From the NCBI GenBank assembly GCA_965204575.1, contig OZ241993.1:1728001-1792000 (forward strand): a stretch of 64,000 nucleotides of DNA. The letters run 5' to 3'. The stretch comes from an uncultured candidatus Porisulfidus sp. (lineage in GTDB: Bacteria; Pseudomonadota; Gammaproteobacteria; Poriferisulfidales; Poriferisulfidaceae). Below are positions 21,212 through 32,820 of the stretch, one piece after another. How positions within the stretch are numbered: position 1 is the stretch's first letter; each line of letters opens with the position of its first letter. The position numbers and the translations under genes are program-made. The notes under the pieces were generated by a model. That model searched no databases and was not told where the DNA came from. It saw only the letters and a list, made by a program, of their open reading frames with translations.

Positions 21212-22048
21212 CTACTGAAACCCGTTTTCAAGATCAACTAGGATCTTGCAGTGGTCACTCGGGCCCCATTGCTCAGGATCGTTGAGTGCCATCACCTTAA
21301 TCCTGGCAGCAAGCGGGGTTGAAGCAAACACGTAGTCCAATTGTCGAGTAGCTTTCTCAGGGGTCTGCTTGATGGAATGGAATGTCGGAACGTTGTCGCT
21401 GTCCTTAGGAAGTTCGGCAGGCCACGGTTTTGCCTGCCGACCGTGAGGAAACTGAGGTCCGATACAGGGAAGACCCAGCGCTTTCATCCTGTCGAACACG
21501 GTGGCATACCGGTTCGCCCAGTAGGCACTGCCATCTTCGCCGTAACCCTTGAGAATGTTCAGGTCACCCGCGGCAATAATGCGGTGTCCAGACTGTTGCC
21601 CAATGAATGCGGATAGATCCGAAATCAATCGATGAACTGAACCATCGGCGTAAATCCAACTGCTCTTAGTGCTTGAATGCGGGCTCTCCCAGCAAGCGTA
21701 CAAAGAAACGAGCGTCAAGGTCTCTCCCGACATCCCGGTCACCCTTGCGGCAGCAAGCGTCCCCGGCCGGCTTACCCCCAAGTCTCCCGAACACGATTCA
21801 TTGATGGGTTTCGCATTAATCCACTCGACTGCAACGCGGTCGCTCAGTTTGACGATGGCCGTGCGCCACGCGATGCTCTTCCCGCCGCAACCGTGCTCCC
21901 AGTCCACATCTCCAGTCTCAAATCTCCCCGCTAGATCTTCAGGCGGAGCCCCTGCCTCCTGAAGAAGCGCAACGTCCGCATCCAATTCGGCGAGATGCCG
22001 CCATGCCTGATGGCAATGCGCCATGTTCCAACTAATGATTCTGATCAA
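21212..22048 (-). CDS. Endonuclease/exonuclease/phosphatase (EEP) family protein
   Basis: IISWN, DVALLQEA, AGDLN, PTF, QLDYVF, PSDH motifs. Confidence 0.88.
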   Translation of the reverse strand: MIRIISWNMAHCHQAWRHLAELDADVALLQEAGAPPEDLAGRFETGDVDWEHGCGGKSIAWRTAIVKLSDRVAVEWINAKPINESCSGDLGVSRPGTLAAARVTGMSGETLTLVSLYACWESPHSSTKSSWIYADGSVHRLISDLSAFIGQQSGHRIIAAGDLNILKGYGEDGSAYWANRYATVFDRMKALGLPCIGPQFPHGRQAKPWPAELPKDSDNVPTFHSIKQTPEKATRQLDYVFASTPLAARIKVMALNDPEQWGPSDHCKILVDLENGFQ

Positions 22049-22296
22049 TTATCCCCCCCGAGACGACCGCAAAAAAATTTCGCATTAGCATGATGAAGTT
22101 TGTTCAAATTATGTCATCAGTCATGTCGCGAGGGATGGCTGGAGGCAGATCGGTAAATTGCAGTCGCCTGATTGGCTGGAAACGAGGCGGCTATGGCGGT
22201 GGACGCCGGTATATCCTGGCCACTGTTGAATACTCTGCCTGCGTGCCCTCGATACCGTCAAACATGGATGAAAAAGTTTCGGAATCAGGGCACAAG

Positions 22297-22471
22297 ATGA
22301 CTTCGGGACCGAACATACCCGGCAATTCATCGGCTGCACCCGTTTTTGTCACCGGCGCGGCCGGGCACGTGGGGCGCCAATCTCGTGCGCCGGCTGCTCA
22401 ACGAAGGCACCCGGGTCCGGGTGTTGCTGCGATACGAAGAAAGCAACGACGCACTGGAAGGTCTTGACTGA
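22297..22471 (+). pseudogene. 5' remnant of an NAD-dependent epimerase/dehydratase (HpnA/DFR-like)
   Basis: PVFVTGAAGHVG, frameshift in the G-run at 22371-22374, then ANLVRRLLNEGTRVRVLLRYEESNDALEGLD and a stop. Confidence 0.75.
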
Positions 22472-22576
22472 GTAAAGCGCATTTTTGAGCCGAGTTCCCC
22501 GCGAACCCTCTACCCCGCCGCGGACTTCTGCCGGCAACCGTCCCAAGGGAGTTCAGAAATTTGACAAAATAGCCGG

Positions 22577-25177
22577 ATGGCACTGCAACCGGCTCCACTG
22601 TTGACTTCACCCACGCCGCAGCAGCATACTCCCAGCATGCGCCAGTACCTTGAGTTCAAGGCGCAATACCCCCAGCACCTGCTGCTTTACAGAATGGGAG
22701 ACTTCTACGAGCTGTTCTTCGAAGACGCCAAGCGCGGCTCCGAATTGCTGGATATCGTGCTGACCGAGCGTGGCCGCTCCAAGGGCCAGCCCATCCCGAT
22801 GGCAGGCATCCCGGTCGTCTCGCTCGACTCCTATCTCGCAAAACTCGTCGACCTCGGAGAATCCGCAGTGGTCTGCGAACAGGTCGGTGACAGCCCGTCC
22901 GGCCGGGGGCCGATGGAGCGCCAGATCTCGCGCATCGTTACGCCCGGCACCCTGATCGAGGACGAACTGCTGGACGCCGGGCGCGACACCCTGCTGCTCG
23001 CGCTGTGGCCGGGGGACCCGATCGGGCTGGCCAGCCTGAACCTGAGCTCGGGCCGTTTCAACGTAATGGAACTTCCATCCATCGAAGACCTGTACGCGGA
23101 ACTGGAGCGCCTCCAGCCGGCGGAAATCCTGTACCCGGAATCGAACACCCCTCCGGACTGGGAAGACACGCACTGGCAGCCTCTTTCGGACTGGCATTTC
23201 GATGTCGAGACCGCCACACGGCTCTTGTGCCAGCAACTCAAAGTCCATGACCTGTCCGCCTTCGACTGCCAGGATGCGCCTTCTGCCACCGGAGCTGCCG
23301 GAGCCCTGCTCTACTACGCCCAAGAGACGCAACGGGCGGCCCTGCCCCACATCACCAGCCTGCAGCGGGAGCGGCGCGACACCCATATCTACCTGGATGC
23401 CACCAGCCGGCGCAATCTTGAACTGGAGGAGACCATCTCCGGCGACTCCCGCCACAGCCTGCTGGGCGTGTTGGACAAAACCGTCACGGCGATGGGCCGC
23501 CGTTGCCTCAGCCGATGGATCCAGTCCCCCCTTCGCGACCGGGAAATGCTGGCGACACGTCATCAAATCGTCTCTCACTTGCTGGACAACACGCACCGCG
23601 CCCCGATCCGCGAACAGTTGAAGAAGGTCTCCGACATCGAGCGCGTGATCGCCCGCCTCGCCCTGTACACCGCTTCCCCGCGGGACCTGTGCGGCCTGGC
23701 CCAGACCCTGCAGCGCCTGCCGGACCTGCGCCGCCTGCTGGAGAACATCGACGCGACGGAATTCGATTCCTACCGCACCCATCTGCAATCGGACCCGGAA
23801 CTGGCCGCACACCTGGCCTCGGCACTCGCGGAGAATCCTCCTCCGACCATTCGCGAAGGCGGCGCCATCGCGGCGGGCTTCGATTCCGAACTGGATGAAC
23901 TGCGCGAACTGTCGCGCGGAGCCGACGATTTCCTCCTGGAGATGGAGGCGACCGAACGGGAACGCACCGGCATCGCCCAACTCAAGGTCGCCTACAACCG
24001 GATTCACGGCTACTACATCGAGGTCCCGCGCAGCCAGGCCGAGCGGGTGCCCGACCACTACCGGCGGCGGCAGACGCTCAAGAACTCCGAGCGCTACCTG
24101 ACATCGGAACTGAAGGAATTCGAGGACCGCGTCCTGAGTGCGCGCAGCCGGGCGCTGGAGCGGGAGAAGCAGGTCTACCAGAATCTCCTGGAAAGCCTGG
24201 CGCCACACCTGAATCACTTCAAGCAATGCGCGGCCGCGCTGTCCGAGCTGGACGTGCTCGGCAGCTTCGCCGAGCAGGCCAAGGCGCACCACTACTGCTG
24301 CCCCGAACTGGTCGACGAACCCGGTGTCGAGATCGAAGCCGGTCGCCACCCGGTCATCGAGCTGACTTGGAACGAACCATTCGTGCCAAACGACACGCGG
24401 CTTTCCGAGCAACGTCGCCTGCTCCTCGTCACCGGCCCGAACATGGGCGGAAAATCCACCTACATGAGGCAGACCGCACTAATCGTGCTGATGGCCTGCA
24501 TCGGCAGCCATGTGCCGGCCAAGCAGGCCCGGGTCGGCCCCATCGACCGAATCTTCACCCGCATCGGGGCCTCCGACGACCTGACTTCTGGCCGTTCCAC
24601 GTTCATGGTCGAGATGACGGAAGCGGCCAACATCCTGCACCACGCCTCCGAATACAGCCTGGTGTTGATGGACGAGATTGGTCGCGGCACCAGCACTTTC
24701 GACGGGATGGCGCTGGCATTGGGCTGCGCCGAATACCTAGCCACCCGAAACCGGGCCTTCACCCTCTTCTCCACGCACTACTTCGAACTAACCCAACTGG
24801 CCGAGATCCATCCCGGAATCGTCAACCTGCACCTGGACGCCACGATGCATGGCCAGCAGATCGTCTTCCTGCACGCCGTCAAGGAAGGACCCGCCAGCCA
24901 GAGCTACGGCCTGCAGGTCGCACGCCTCGCGGGCATTCCCACACCGGTGCTGGAGCGGGCCCAGGCATACCTGTTGGAACTCGAGGACGACAGCACCCAG
25001 CGTTGGGCGCGCAGCAATCCGCAGAAAGACCTGTTCGTGCCACCCTCCGACCCTCCATCCGTTCCGGCCGCCCTGGAACGCCTCCGCCAGGTCAGGCCCG
25101 ACCAATTGTCGCCGAAGGAGGCCCTGGACCTGATCTATGAATTGCAGAAACTGGATTCCCCCGAGGATGACGATTGA
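22577..25177 (+). CDS. mutS: DNA mismatch repair protein MutS
   Basis: [40 protein letters not shown]. Confidence 0.98.
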   Translation: MALQPAPLLTSPTPQQHTPSMRQYLEFKAQYPQHLLLYRMGDFYELFFEDAKRGSELLDIVLTERGRSKGQPIPMAGIPVVSLDSYLAKLVDLGESAVVCEQVGDSPSGRGPMERQISRIVTPGTLIEDELLDAGRDTLLLALWPGDPIGLASLNLSSGRFNVMELPSIEDLYAELERLQPAEILYPESNTPPDWEDTHWQPLSDWHFDVETATRLLCQQLKVHDLSAFDCQDAPSATGAAGALLYYAQETQRAALPHITSLQRERRDTHIYLDATSRRNLELEETISGDSRHSLLGVLDKTVTAMGRRCLSRWIQSPLRDREMLATRHQIVSHLLDNTHRAPIREQLKKVSDIERVIARLALYTASPRDLCGLAQTLQRLPDLRRLLENIDATEFDSYRTHLQSDPELAAHLASALAENPPPTIREGGAIAAGFDSELDELRELSRGADDFLLEMEATERERTGIAQLKVAYNRIHGYYIEVPRSQAERVPDHYRRRQTLKNSERYLTSELKEFEDRVLSARSRALEREKQVYQNLLESLAPHLNHFKQCAAALSELDVLGSFAEQAKAHHYCCPELVDEPGVEIEAGRHPVIELTWNEPFVPNDTRLSEQRRLLLVTGPNMGGKSTYMRQTALIVLMACIGSHVPAKQARVGPIDRIFTRIGASDDLTSGRSTFMVEMTEAANILHHASEYSLVLMDEIGRGTSTFDGMALALGCAEYLATRNRAFTLFSTHYFELTQLAEIHPGIVNLHLDATMHGQQIVFLHAVKEGPASQSYGLQVARLAGIPTPVLERAQAYLLELEDDSTQRWARSNPQKDLFVPPSDPPSVPAALERLRQVRPDQLSPKEALDLIYELQKLDSPEDDD

Positions 25178-25211
25178 CTTTGCCGAATCCGGCACCTACG
25201 GATAGTTCACG

Positions 25212-27446
25212 ATGCCGGCTCGATCATTCCTGAAATTGATCCTCGGCAAGCTTGCCGCACCGTGGGTCCAGTTGTACCGAAACGTCCGCCAAGGCTCGGC
25301 CCGGCTGCCGGAAGAACTGATCGAACAAGGCCCCCGCATCCGCGCCAGCGCCCGGTACGGCGGGATGGGCGAACGCGAACTGGAACTGCGCATGGAGCAG
25401 ATCATCGAGCGCATCCTTTCCACTCGACGCCGCGTGCACGAGCCCGCAAAGCAACTGGCCCCCTTCAACCACTTCGAGCAGCGCCGCTTCTTGGATTCCG
25501 GGCAGGCCCTGGCCGACCGCGACGTCGAACTCGCCTACCAATTCTTCCATTTCGGCATCCCGTCGCTTCGGCTGATCGATGAGGAACACTGGGACGGCTG
25601 GCTCGACCATCTGCGCGCCTGCCACGAGCTGGCCGGAGTCGATGCCGCCGTGCACGCCATGCAGGAAGTCGAAGGCTACCTGCAGAAAATCCTCGGTGGC
25701 GCCCGCGCCATCCGTCTCAACGACGTGGAGCGGCTGGTCGAGTCGCTGCTGGTCGGCTTCGGCGGACGGCCGCTCAAAGTCGGAATCGCCCCGGAGCCGT
25801 ACACCGACACGGAAACCGTCTACCTGCCCGAACTGATGGATGCCTGCGGCACCCGGGAGGAAAACTTCGAATTGCTCAAGGCTACCGCCGCGTACCTGTG
25901 GGCGCAAACCCGGTACGGGACATACCGGGCGCCCGCCGACGCCTTCGCCGGCTATTCGGACCGCGGCCGCGCCCGCCGCTACTTCCACGCACTGGAAATG
26001 CTCCGTTTGGATGCCCGGATCCGGCGCGGCATGCCCGGCATCGGCCGCATCCTCAAGCGCCACAACCCGCCCGACGCATGGACGGGACTGCCCGACACAT
26101 GGACGGCCGCCGTCGCGGAAATCTCGGATCCGAAAGCCACGGTCGAAGACTCTCTTCGCCTGCTCGAAGGGCTCTACCCGACCGCGGTCACGCTCCCGGA
26201 GATCCCGTACCAGGGCGTGCTGCGCCCGGAACTGGCCTCCGAAATCCTGATCAAACGGGTGGACGAGGAGCAGCATCAACTGGCGAATGCCCTGCTCAGC
26301 CTGAAGAAGGAACTGTCTCCTTTCCAGTCCGAGAAGGAACAAAACGAACGTTTCACCGTGCGCAGGGAGCAGAATCAGGTGGCCGACGAATTCGCGTTTT
26401 CCCTGGAACTCGGCGACGAAACCGTCACTCCGCCCGAGAATATCCAGCAACTGCTCGAGTCCATCATCCAGGACCTCGGGGAAATCCCCGACGAGTATCT
26501 TGAGCCAGCCGGCGCCGGCGCCTATCCCCCGGCTTCGGAAGAACCGGAGGATGCGTCTTCGCCCGCGAGCGGAGATGCGGATTACGTCTACCCGGAGTGG
26601 GATCATTCCCGCCAGAAGTACCGGGCCGACTGGTGCCAGTTGTATGAACGCCCGATCACCGGCGCCAGCGAACAGTTCGCACAGGACACGCTGGACCGGC
26701 ACCGCCGCCTGCTCGCCGGGCTCCGGCGCACGTTCGAGGCCCTGCGCGACGAGGAAAAACGCGTCCGTCGGGAAATGCACGGTGACGAGGTGGACCTGGA
26801 CAGCTTCATCAACGCCTACAGCGACTATGTCGGCGGCTCGGAACTGGACGAACGTTTATTCACCCGCATGAAAAAACTGGACCGCGACATCGCCGTGATG
26901 TTCCTGGTCGACATGAGCAGCTCCACGTCCGGCTGGATCAACAACCTGATGCGCGAGGCGCTGGTGCTGCTGTGCGGGGCGCTGGAAGCGTTGGGGGACC
27001 GCTACGCGATCTACGGATTTTCCGGGCGCACCCATCGCAATTGCGAGTTGTATCCGATCAAGGACCTGGATGAGGCCTACGGCGGCGACGTCCGCCGCCG
27101 CATCAGCGGCATTACGCCCCGGAACTACACCCGCATGGGCGTGATGATCCGCCATCTCACGCAACTGCTCAAGGACACGGAAGCCCGAACCCGCTTGCTG
27201 ATCACGCTGTCCGACGGCAAGCCGGACGACCAGGACGGCTACCGGGGCACTTACGGCATCGAGGATACCCGCCAGGCGCTGAACGAGGCCCGGCATTTGG
27301 GAATCCACCCGTATTGCATTACCATAGACAAAGCGGGCATGGAGTACCTCCCGCACATGTACGGGACCTCTAATTTTGCCGTAGTGAGCCGCATCGAGAA
27401 ACTCCCGACCAAAGTGTCCGACATCTACCGCCGCATTACCCTATGA
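25212..27446 (+). CDS. VWA-domain protein of the NorD/CbbO family
   Basis: YPEWD, C-terminal MIDAS DMSSST, YTRMG, LSDGKPDD, YGIEDTRQA, PYCITID. Confidence 0.85.
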   Translation: MPARSFLKLILGKLAAPWVQLYRNVRQGSARLPEELIEQGPRIRASARYGGMGERELELRMEQIIERILSTRRRVHEPAKQLAPFNHFEQRRFLDSGQALADRDVELAYQFFHFGIPSLRLIDEEHWDGWLDHLRACHELAGVDAAVHAMQEVEGYLQKILGGARAIRLNDVERLVESLLVGFGGRPLKVGIAPEPYTDTETVYLPELMDACGTREENFELLKATAAYLWAQTRYGTYRAPADAFAGYSDRGRARRYFHALEMLRLDARIRRGMPGIGRILKRHNPPDAWTGLPDTWTAAVAEISDPKATVEDSLRLLEGLYPTAVTLPEIPYQGVLRPELASEILIKRVDEEQHQLANALLSLKKELSPFQSEKEQNERFTVRREQNQVADEFAFSLELGDETVTPPENIQQLLESIIQDLGEIPDEYLEPAGAGAYPPASEEPEDASSPASGDADYVYPEWDHSRQKYRADWCQLYERPITGASEQFAQDTLDRHRRLLAGLRRTFEALRDEEKRVRREMHGDEVDLDSFINAYSDYVGGSELDERLFTRMKKLDRDIAVMFLVDMSSSTSGWINNLMREALVLLCGALEALGDRYAIYGFSGRTHRNCELYPIKDLDEAYGGDVRRRISGITPRNYTRMGVMIRHLTQLLKDTEARTRLLITLSDGKPDDQDGYRGTYGIEDTRQALNEARHLGIHPYCITIDKAGMEYLPHMYGTSNFAVVSRIEKLPTKVSDIYRRITL

Positions 27447-28180
27447 ACACGATTTACCCCCATGGAATCCGCATTGGCCTGGCACTGACACTGGTGCTGG
27501 CGCTGACCGGCTGCAAAACCGACCTCTTCAGCACTCAGGACATCCCCGAGGAAGTCAAGAGAATCGCCAAAACCAGCGTGGACTACGCCTTGGACGCACA
27601 CCTGAACGCGACCACCGGGGGGCTCGAAGAACTGATGCGGGAGTTGTACCGGCTCAACCCCGGGGAACTGGAGAAAATGCCAGGCGCCACGGTCGACGAG
27701 CGGGTCGCCCTGGTGCTGCCGAACCGCACTTACGACGAGTTGCGATTCGGAGAACTGGACAGCCACCGCAGCACCGAAGCGATGCAGCTGGCATTCGAGC
27801 CCCGCTTCATCGGCGACCGGGTTTTCGCGCTGATGGTCGGCATCGTCAGCCAGATGCGGGTCGCGTACAACGACAAGCTGGAATTTTTCGCGCTGAACCG
27901 GCTGGATTCCGAGAATCTCGAGAACTTCGCCAACAACCTGGAAATCGTCCGCGTCAGCCTGGAACGCCGGACCGGGCCGGATGGCCAGCCGATCATACGG
28001 TACGAGGGCGACGCCCAACTCCTGGAATCGGGGCTTCCCAGGCCGACTTCCAAGCAGATCCTGGATCGGCTCGTCGGGCACCAGCGGGTGCTGGTCAGCA
28101 TCGCGCATGGCTGGCGGGACCGCGCTCACCAGGCCGCAGTGAGGACGATGGGCGCCGTCATCATGCTGCCTATCCCCTAA
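27443..28180 (+). CDS. Putative lipoprotein
   Basis: Signal peptide with lipobox LALTGC; ATGA overlap with the VWA gene. Confidence 0.75.
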   Translation: MNTIYPHGIRIGLALTLVLALTGCKTDLFSTQDIPEEVKRIAKTSVDYALDAHLNATTGGLEELMRELYRLNPGELEKMPGATVDERVALVLPNRTYDELRFGELDSHRSTEAMQLAFEPRFIGDRVFALMVGIVSQMRVAYNDKLEFFALNRLDSENLENFANNLEIVRVSLERRTGPDGQPIIRYEGDAQLLESGLPRPTSKQILDRLVGHQRVLVSIAHGWRDRAHQAAVRTMGAVIMLPIP

Positions 28181-28193
28181 GCCCCCCACGCGC

Positions 28194-29152
<959 letters not shown>

Positions 29153-29155
29153 AAT

Positions 29156-29863
29156 TCAGAGCCGACTCTCCGAAGTCGGCGGCTCGGCCAACACCTCGCG
29201 CACGAACGGCACGGTAATACGCCGCTGCTGGCTCAGCGAGGCCTGCTCCAACCGGTCCAGCAACTGGCAGAGTTGCCCCAGACCGCGGACCACATGGCGC
29301 TGCATGTAGCGCACCGCATCCTCCGGCAGGTCGTACCCCTGGCTGTGCGCGCGGCGGCGCAACGCTTCGGATTGCCGTTCGTCATCCAGAGGCTGCAGCG
29401 GAAACGACACGGCGCCGCGGAGCCGGGAACGCAGGTCGGGCAACTCCACCGACACGCTTGCCGCAGGCCGGCGCGCCGCCATCAGCAGGCTGGCGCCATG
29501 ATCCATCGCCTGGTTGACCAAGCCGAACAGCCGGTGCTCCCAGTCTCCTTGCTCCAGCACGGCATCCACGTCATCCAGGCAAATCCACAGGCACTGCTCC
29601 AAGCCGTCCAGGGTTTCCGGGCCCAGTTCCCGCATCTGCTTCAGCGGCAGATAGGCCGCGGACTCCTCCCGGGTCTTCGCCTGATGGCAGACCGCTTGTA
29701 GCAGGTGCGTCTTTCCGCTGTCTTGAGGACCATGCAGCCACAAGGACCCGCCCTGTCGCGGCAAGGATTCCAGCGCGTCGAGAATTCCCGCGTTGCCGTC
29801 CGTGCAGAAATTGGCAAAGGTATGCCGCGGATTGGAGCCAAGCGGCAGAATCAATTGGCTCAT
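29156..29863 (-). CDS. hda: DnaA regulatory inactivator Hda
   Basis: N-terminal clamp-binding QLILPL, GPQDSGKTHLL, LPDLRSRL, RRITVPFV. Confidence 0.92.
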   Translation of the reverse strand: MSQLILPLGSNPRHTFANFCTDGNAGILDALESLPRQGGSLWLHGPQDSGKTHLLQAVCHQAKTREESAAYLPLKQMRELGPETLDGLEQCLWICLDDVDAVLEQGDWEHRLFGLVNQAMDHGASLLMAARRPAASVSVELPDLRSRLRGAVSFPLQPLDDERQSEALRRRAHSQGYDLPEDAVRYMQRHVVRGLGQLCQLLDRLEQASLSQQRRITVPFVREVLAEPPTSESRL

Positions 29864-30411
29864 TGGGAAGCGTCCCCGGGATCCGCCAGCAATCCGCCCC
29901 AGACCAGCATGTACCCGATCCCGCTGACGAACGTAGCGATCACGGTCGCCCACAACAGGGCATCAAGCAGCATCGGCGGCAGAACGGCCAGCTGGTTTCC
30001 CATCAGCGCGAATACCATGACGATCTGTACGAAAGTATTAATTTTCCCGACTTTCAGAACTGCGGTTTTCTGACCAGGATGGAGCAGGTAATTCAGTAGG
30101 GTCCCCCCGACGACCATGACATCGCGCCCCACCACCAGCGCCACCAGCCATACCGGCAGCAATTCCAGATGGCCCAGGACCACGAAGGCAGCCACCAGCA
30201 TCACCTTGTCCGCGAGCGGGTCCAGCCCCGCCCCCAGGGCGCTTGAGGCCTTCAAGTAGCGGGCCAGGAAACCGTCCAGGGCATCCGATATGCCCATCAC
30301 GATAAACAGGATCAGTGCCAAGCTGAACTGCTGTTCCAGCAGTAGCATTGCGAACCACGGCACCAGAAGCAGGCGCAGGACACTAATCAGGTTGGGAATA
30401 TGCTGAATCAT
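29860..30411 (-). CDS. CDP-alcohol phosphatidyltransferase family protein
   Basis: IPNLISVLR, SDALDGFLAR...G..LDPLADK. Confidence 0.9.
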   Translation of the reverse strand: MIQHIPNLISVLRLLLVPWFAMLLLEQQFSLALILFIVMGISDALDGFLARYLKASSALGAGLDPLADKVMLVAAFVVLGHLELLPVWLVALVVGRDVMVVGGTLLNYLLHPGQKTAVLKVGKINTFVQIVMVFALMGNQLAVLPPMLLDALLWATVIATFVSGIGYMLVWGGLLADPGDASQ

Positions 30412-30441
30412 AACTACTTAATATTTTAATGCAGGAGTAAA

Positions 30442-31494
30442 ATGGCGCGCGTACCGAGTGGTTCCGTGCCAGAAAAAGAATCTTCTGCTTCCGCCTACCG
30501 GGAAGCCGGGGTCGATATCGACGCCGGCAACCGCTTGGTGAAACGCCTTGCTCCGCTTGCGAAGCAGACCTTCAACGAACACGTCCTCAGCGATCTCGGC
30601 GGATTCGGCGGGCTCTACCAGCTAGCGCAGGATTACACGCAGCCCGTGCTGGTCTGCGGTACGGACGGGGTCGGCACCAAACTGCTTCTGGCTCAAAAGC
30701 TCCAGCAGCACGAAACCATTGGCATCGACCTCGTGGCCATGTGCGCGAACGACGTCCTGACGCACGGCGCACGCGCCCTGCTGTTCCTCGACTATTACGC
30801 CTGCGGGACGCTGAACATGGAGGAAGCGGAAGACGTGATCCGCGGAATCGCGGCGGGATGTCAGCAGGCCGGCTGCGTCCTGCTCGGCGGGGAGACGGCC
30901 GAAATGCCTCGGCTCTACCGCCCGGGCGACTACGACCTTGCCGGGTTCTGTGTCGGTCTCGCAGACCGCGACCGCCTGCTCCCTCGCCCGGATATCCAGC
31001 CGGGTGATGTTTTGGTCGGGATGGACTCCAGCGGTGTGCACGCCAACGGCTTCTCTCTCGTCAACCGCCTGCTGGAGACAGTGCCGGAGGACCCGGACCG
31101 GCTGGAAGCGCTACTGCAACCCACCACGATTTACGAACCGCACCTTCGGGAAGCCATCGATTCCGGGAAAGTCCTGGCGCTGGCCCACATTACGGGCGGC
31201 GGCCTGACTGAAAACGTCCCGCGCGTCCTGCCGGAAGGCCTGTCCGCGCAAATCGACATCGAAAGCTGGACGCGCCCGGAGTTGTTCGACTGGATACAGT
31301 CGGAGGGCAACGTGGACGAAGAAGAGATGCGGCAGATTTTCAACTGCGGAATCGGCATGATCGCGCTGGTCCGTTCGGAAGACGCAAAAACCGTAGCGCA
31401 GGCCATCCAATCCACCGGATTGGGGGCCCGAATCATCGGTGAAATCATTGCCTGGAAAGGCCCGGCTCAAACAATTTATAATACGCGACCATGA
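30442..31494 (+). CDS. purM: Phosphoribosylformylglycinamidine cyclo-ligase
   Basis: YREAGVDIDAG, TDGVGTK, GGETAEMP, HITGGG, FNCGIG. Confidence 0.97.
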   Translation: MARVPSGSVPEKESSASAYREAGVDIDAGNRLVKRLAPLAKQTFNEHVLSDLGGFGGLYQLAQDYTQPVLVCGTDGVGTKLLLAQKLQQHETIGIDLVAMCANDVLTHGARALLFLDYYACGTLNMEEAEDVIRGIAAGCQQAGCVLLGGETAEMPRLYRPGDYDLAGFCVGLADRDRLLPRPDIQPGDVLVGMDSSGVHANGFSLVNRLLETVPEDPDRLEALLQPTTIYEPHLREAIDSGKVLALAHITGGGLTENVPRVLPEGLSAQIDIESWTRPELFDWIQSEGNVDEEEMRQIFNCGIGMIALVRSEDAKTVAQAIQSTGLGARIIGEIIAWKGPAQTIYNTRP

Positions 31495-32126
31495 TCCCGA
31501 TGGCGATCTTGTTCTCCGGCGAGGGAACAAACCTACAAGCCCTGATCGATGCGGTCCACCAGCGCCGCATCTACGCTGAAATTCGCTGTGTTATCAGCAA
31601 CAAACCGCAGGCGCACGGGCTGGACCGTGCCCGCGCAGCCGGGATCGAGACGCTGGTCATCGGCGACTCCGACCGCGTTGCCCGGGAAGAAAAAACACTC
31701 GCGGCCCTGCAGGAACGCGGCGTCGAACTGGTCTGCCTGGCCGGCTACATGCGTGTCCTGTCCGAAATCATGGTCGGCCCCTATCTCGGGCGCATGCTCA
31801 ACATCCACCCCTCCCTGCTTCCGGCCTACCGCGGCGCGAACACTCACCGCCGGGTCTTGGAGGCTGGGGAAAAACACCACGGGTGCAGCGTGCACTTCGT
31901 CACCGTAGACCTGGATGAAGGCCCGTTGATCATCCAGGCGAGCGTACCCGTGCACTTAGACGATACCGAAAGAGCGCTGGCTCTTCGAGTATTGGAACAG
32001 GAACACCTGATCCTGCCTCTGGCGGTCCAGTGGTTCTGCGACGGCCTCCTGCGCCTGCAGGACGGAGCCGTCCACCTTCGCGGAGAACGGCTTGACGAAC
32101 CGTTGATTTATGAGGCTGGTCCCTAG
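31491..32126 (+). CDS. purN: Phosphoribosylglycinamide formyltransferase
   Basis: SGEGTNLQA, LAGYMR, NIHPSLLP, GCSVHFV, LDEGP. Confidence 0.96.
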   Translation: MIPMAILFSGEGTNLQALIDAVHQRRIYAEIRCVISNKPQAHGLDRARAAGIETLVIGDSDRVAREEKTLAALQERGVELVCLAGYMRVLSEIMVGPYLGRMLNIHPSLLPAYRGANTHRRVLEAGEKHHGCSVHFVTVDLDEGPLIIQASVPVHLDDTERALALRVLEQEHLILPLAVQWFCDGLLRLQDGAVHLRGERLDEPLIYEAGP

Positions 32127-32820
32127 CCTCTGCGGCCTTCTCCTCTTTGGCTTGTCCGCTGCCGCTGCGGACACGACCCAAGCCACCTACGACCTTTACT
32201 ACCAAGGTACGCGGACCGGGACCATCACCGTCACCGTCACGCGCGAAACAGCCCACACCTACTACAAGGCCATTGCGAAACCGAACTGGCTGGCCCGCCT
32301 GTTGGGCCTGGACACCATCATCGAGCGCGGCACCATGAGCAGCGAAGATCTGCAACCCCAAGAGTACTTCTATCACGATTCAGGCCGGGGACGTCACTAC
32401 CGATACGTCTACGACTGGTCTCACGGCCAGGTTCTCATCACGACCCATGAAAGCGAATCCGTCGAACCGCTCGGGGACAACACGCTGGATCCCGCCGCCA
32501 TGGCCGTGCGTCTGCTCCGTGACCTGCCCAGCCCCTCGCCCAACTACAGTGTCCTCTCCAAAGGCCTGCTCAAGGTGTATCGTTTCGAGGCTCCGGTGTT
32601 GGAACCCCTCGAAGTGCTGGGCCAAGAGCGGCTGGTCTGGAAGGTGGTCCGCATCCGCGGAAGCGCCGAGGACTCGCGCATCATCACCTGGCACGATCCC
32701 AAGCGCGACCAGTGGATGGTTCGCACCGTGCGCATGGAGGACGGCAAGGAAAAGGTCCGGCTTGAGCTGGCCAGCCTGAATCAGTCAGACGCCAGCAATC
32801 TGCATCCGGTCGACCAGTAA
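32110..32820 (+). CDS. DUF3108-like exported protein
   Basis: Signal peptide, beta-rich body, TLDP; typical position after purN. Confidence 0.65.
   Translation: MRLVPSLCGLLLFGLSAAAADTTQATYDLYYQGTRTGTITVTVTRETAHTYYKAIAKPNWLARLLGLDTIIERGTMSSEDLQPQEYFYHDSGRGRHYRYVYDWSHGQVLITTHESESVEPLGDNTLDPAAMAVRLLRDLPSPSPNYSVLSKGLLKVYRFEAPVLEPLEVLGQERLVWKVVRIRGSAEDSRIITWHDPKRDQWMVRTVRMEDGKEKVRLELASLNQSDASNLHPVDQ

Noticed and set aside
20328-21427. Diversity-generating retroelement TR/VR pair
   Set aside because: Differences involve all bases and indels; no reverse transcriptase in the window
22492-22503. GAGTTCCCCGCG, identical to the start of the E. coli type I-E CRISPR repeat
   Set aside because: Single 12-nt match, no palindromic second half, no repeat-spacer periodicity, no cas genes
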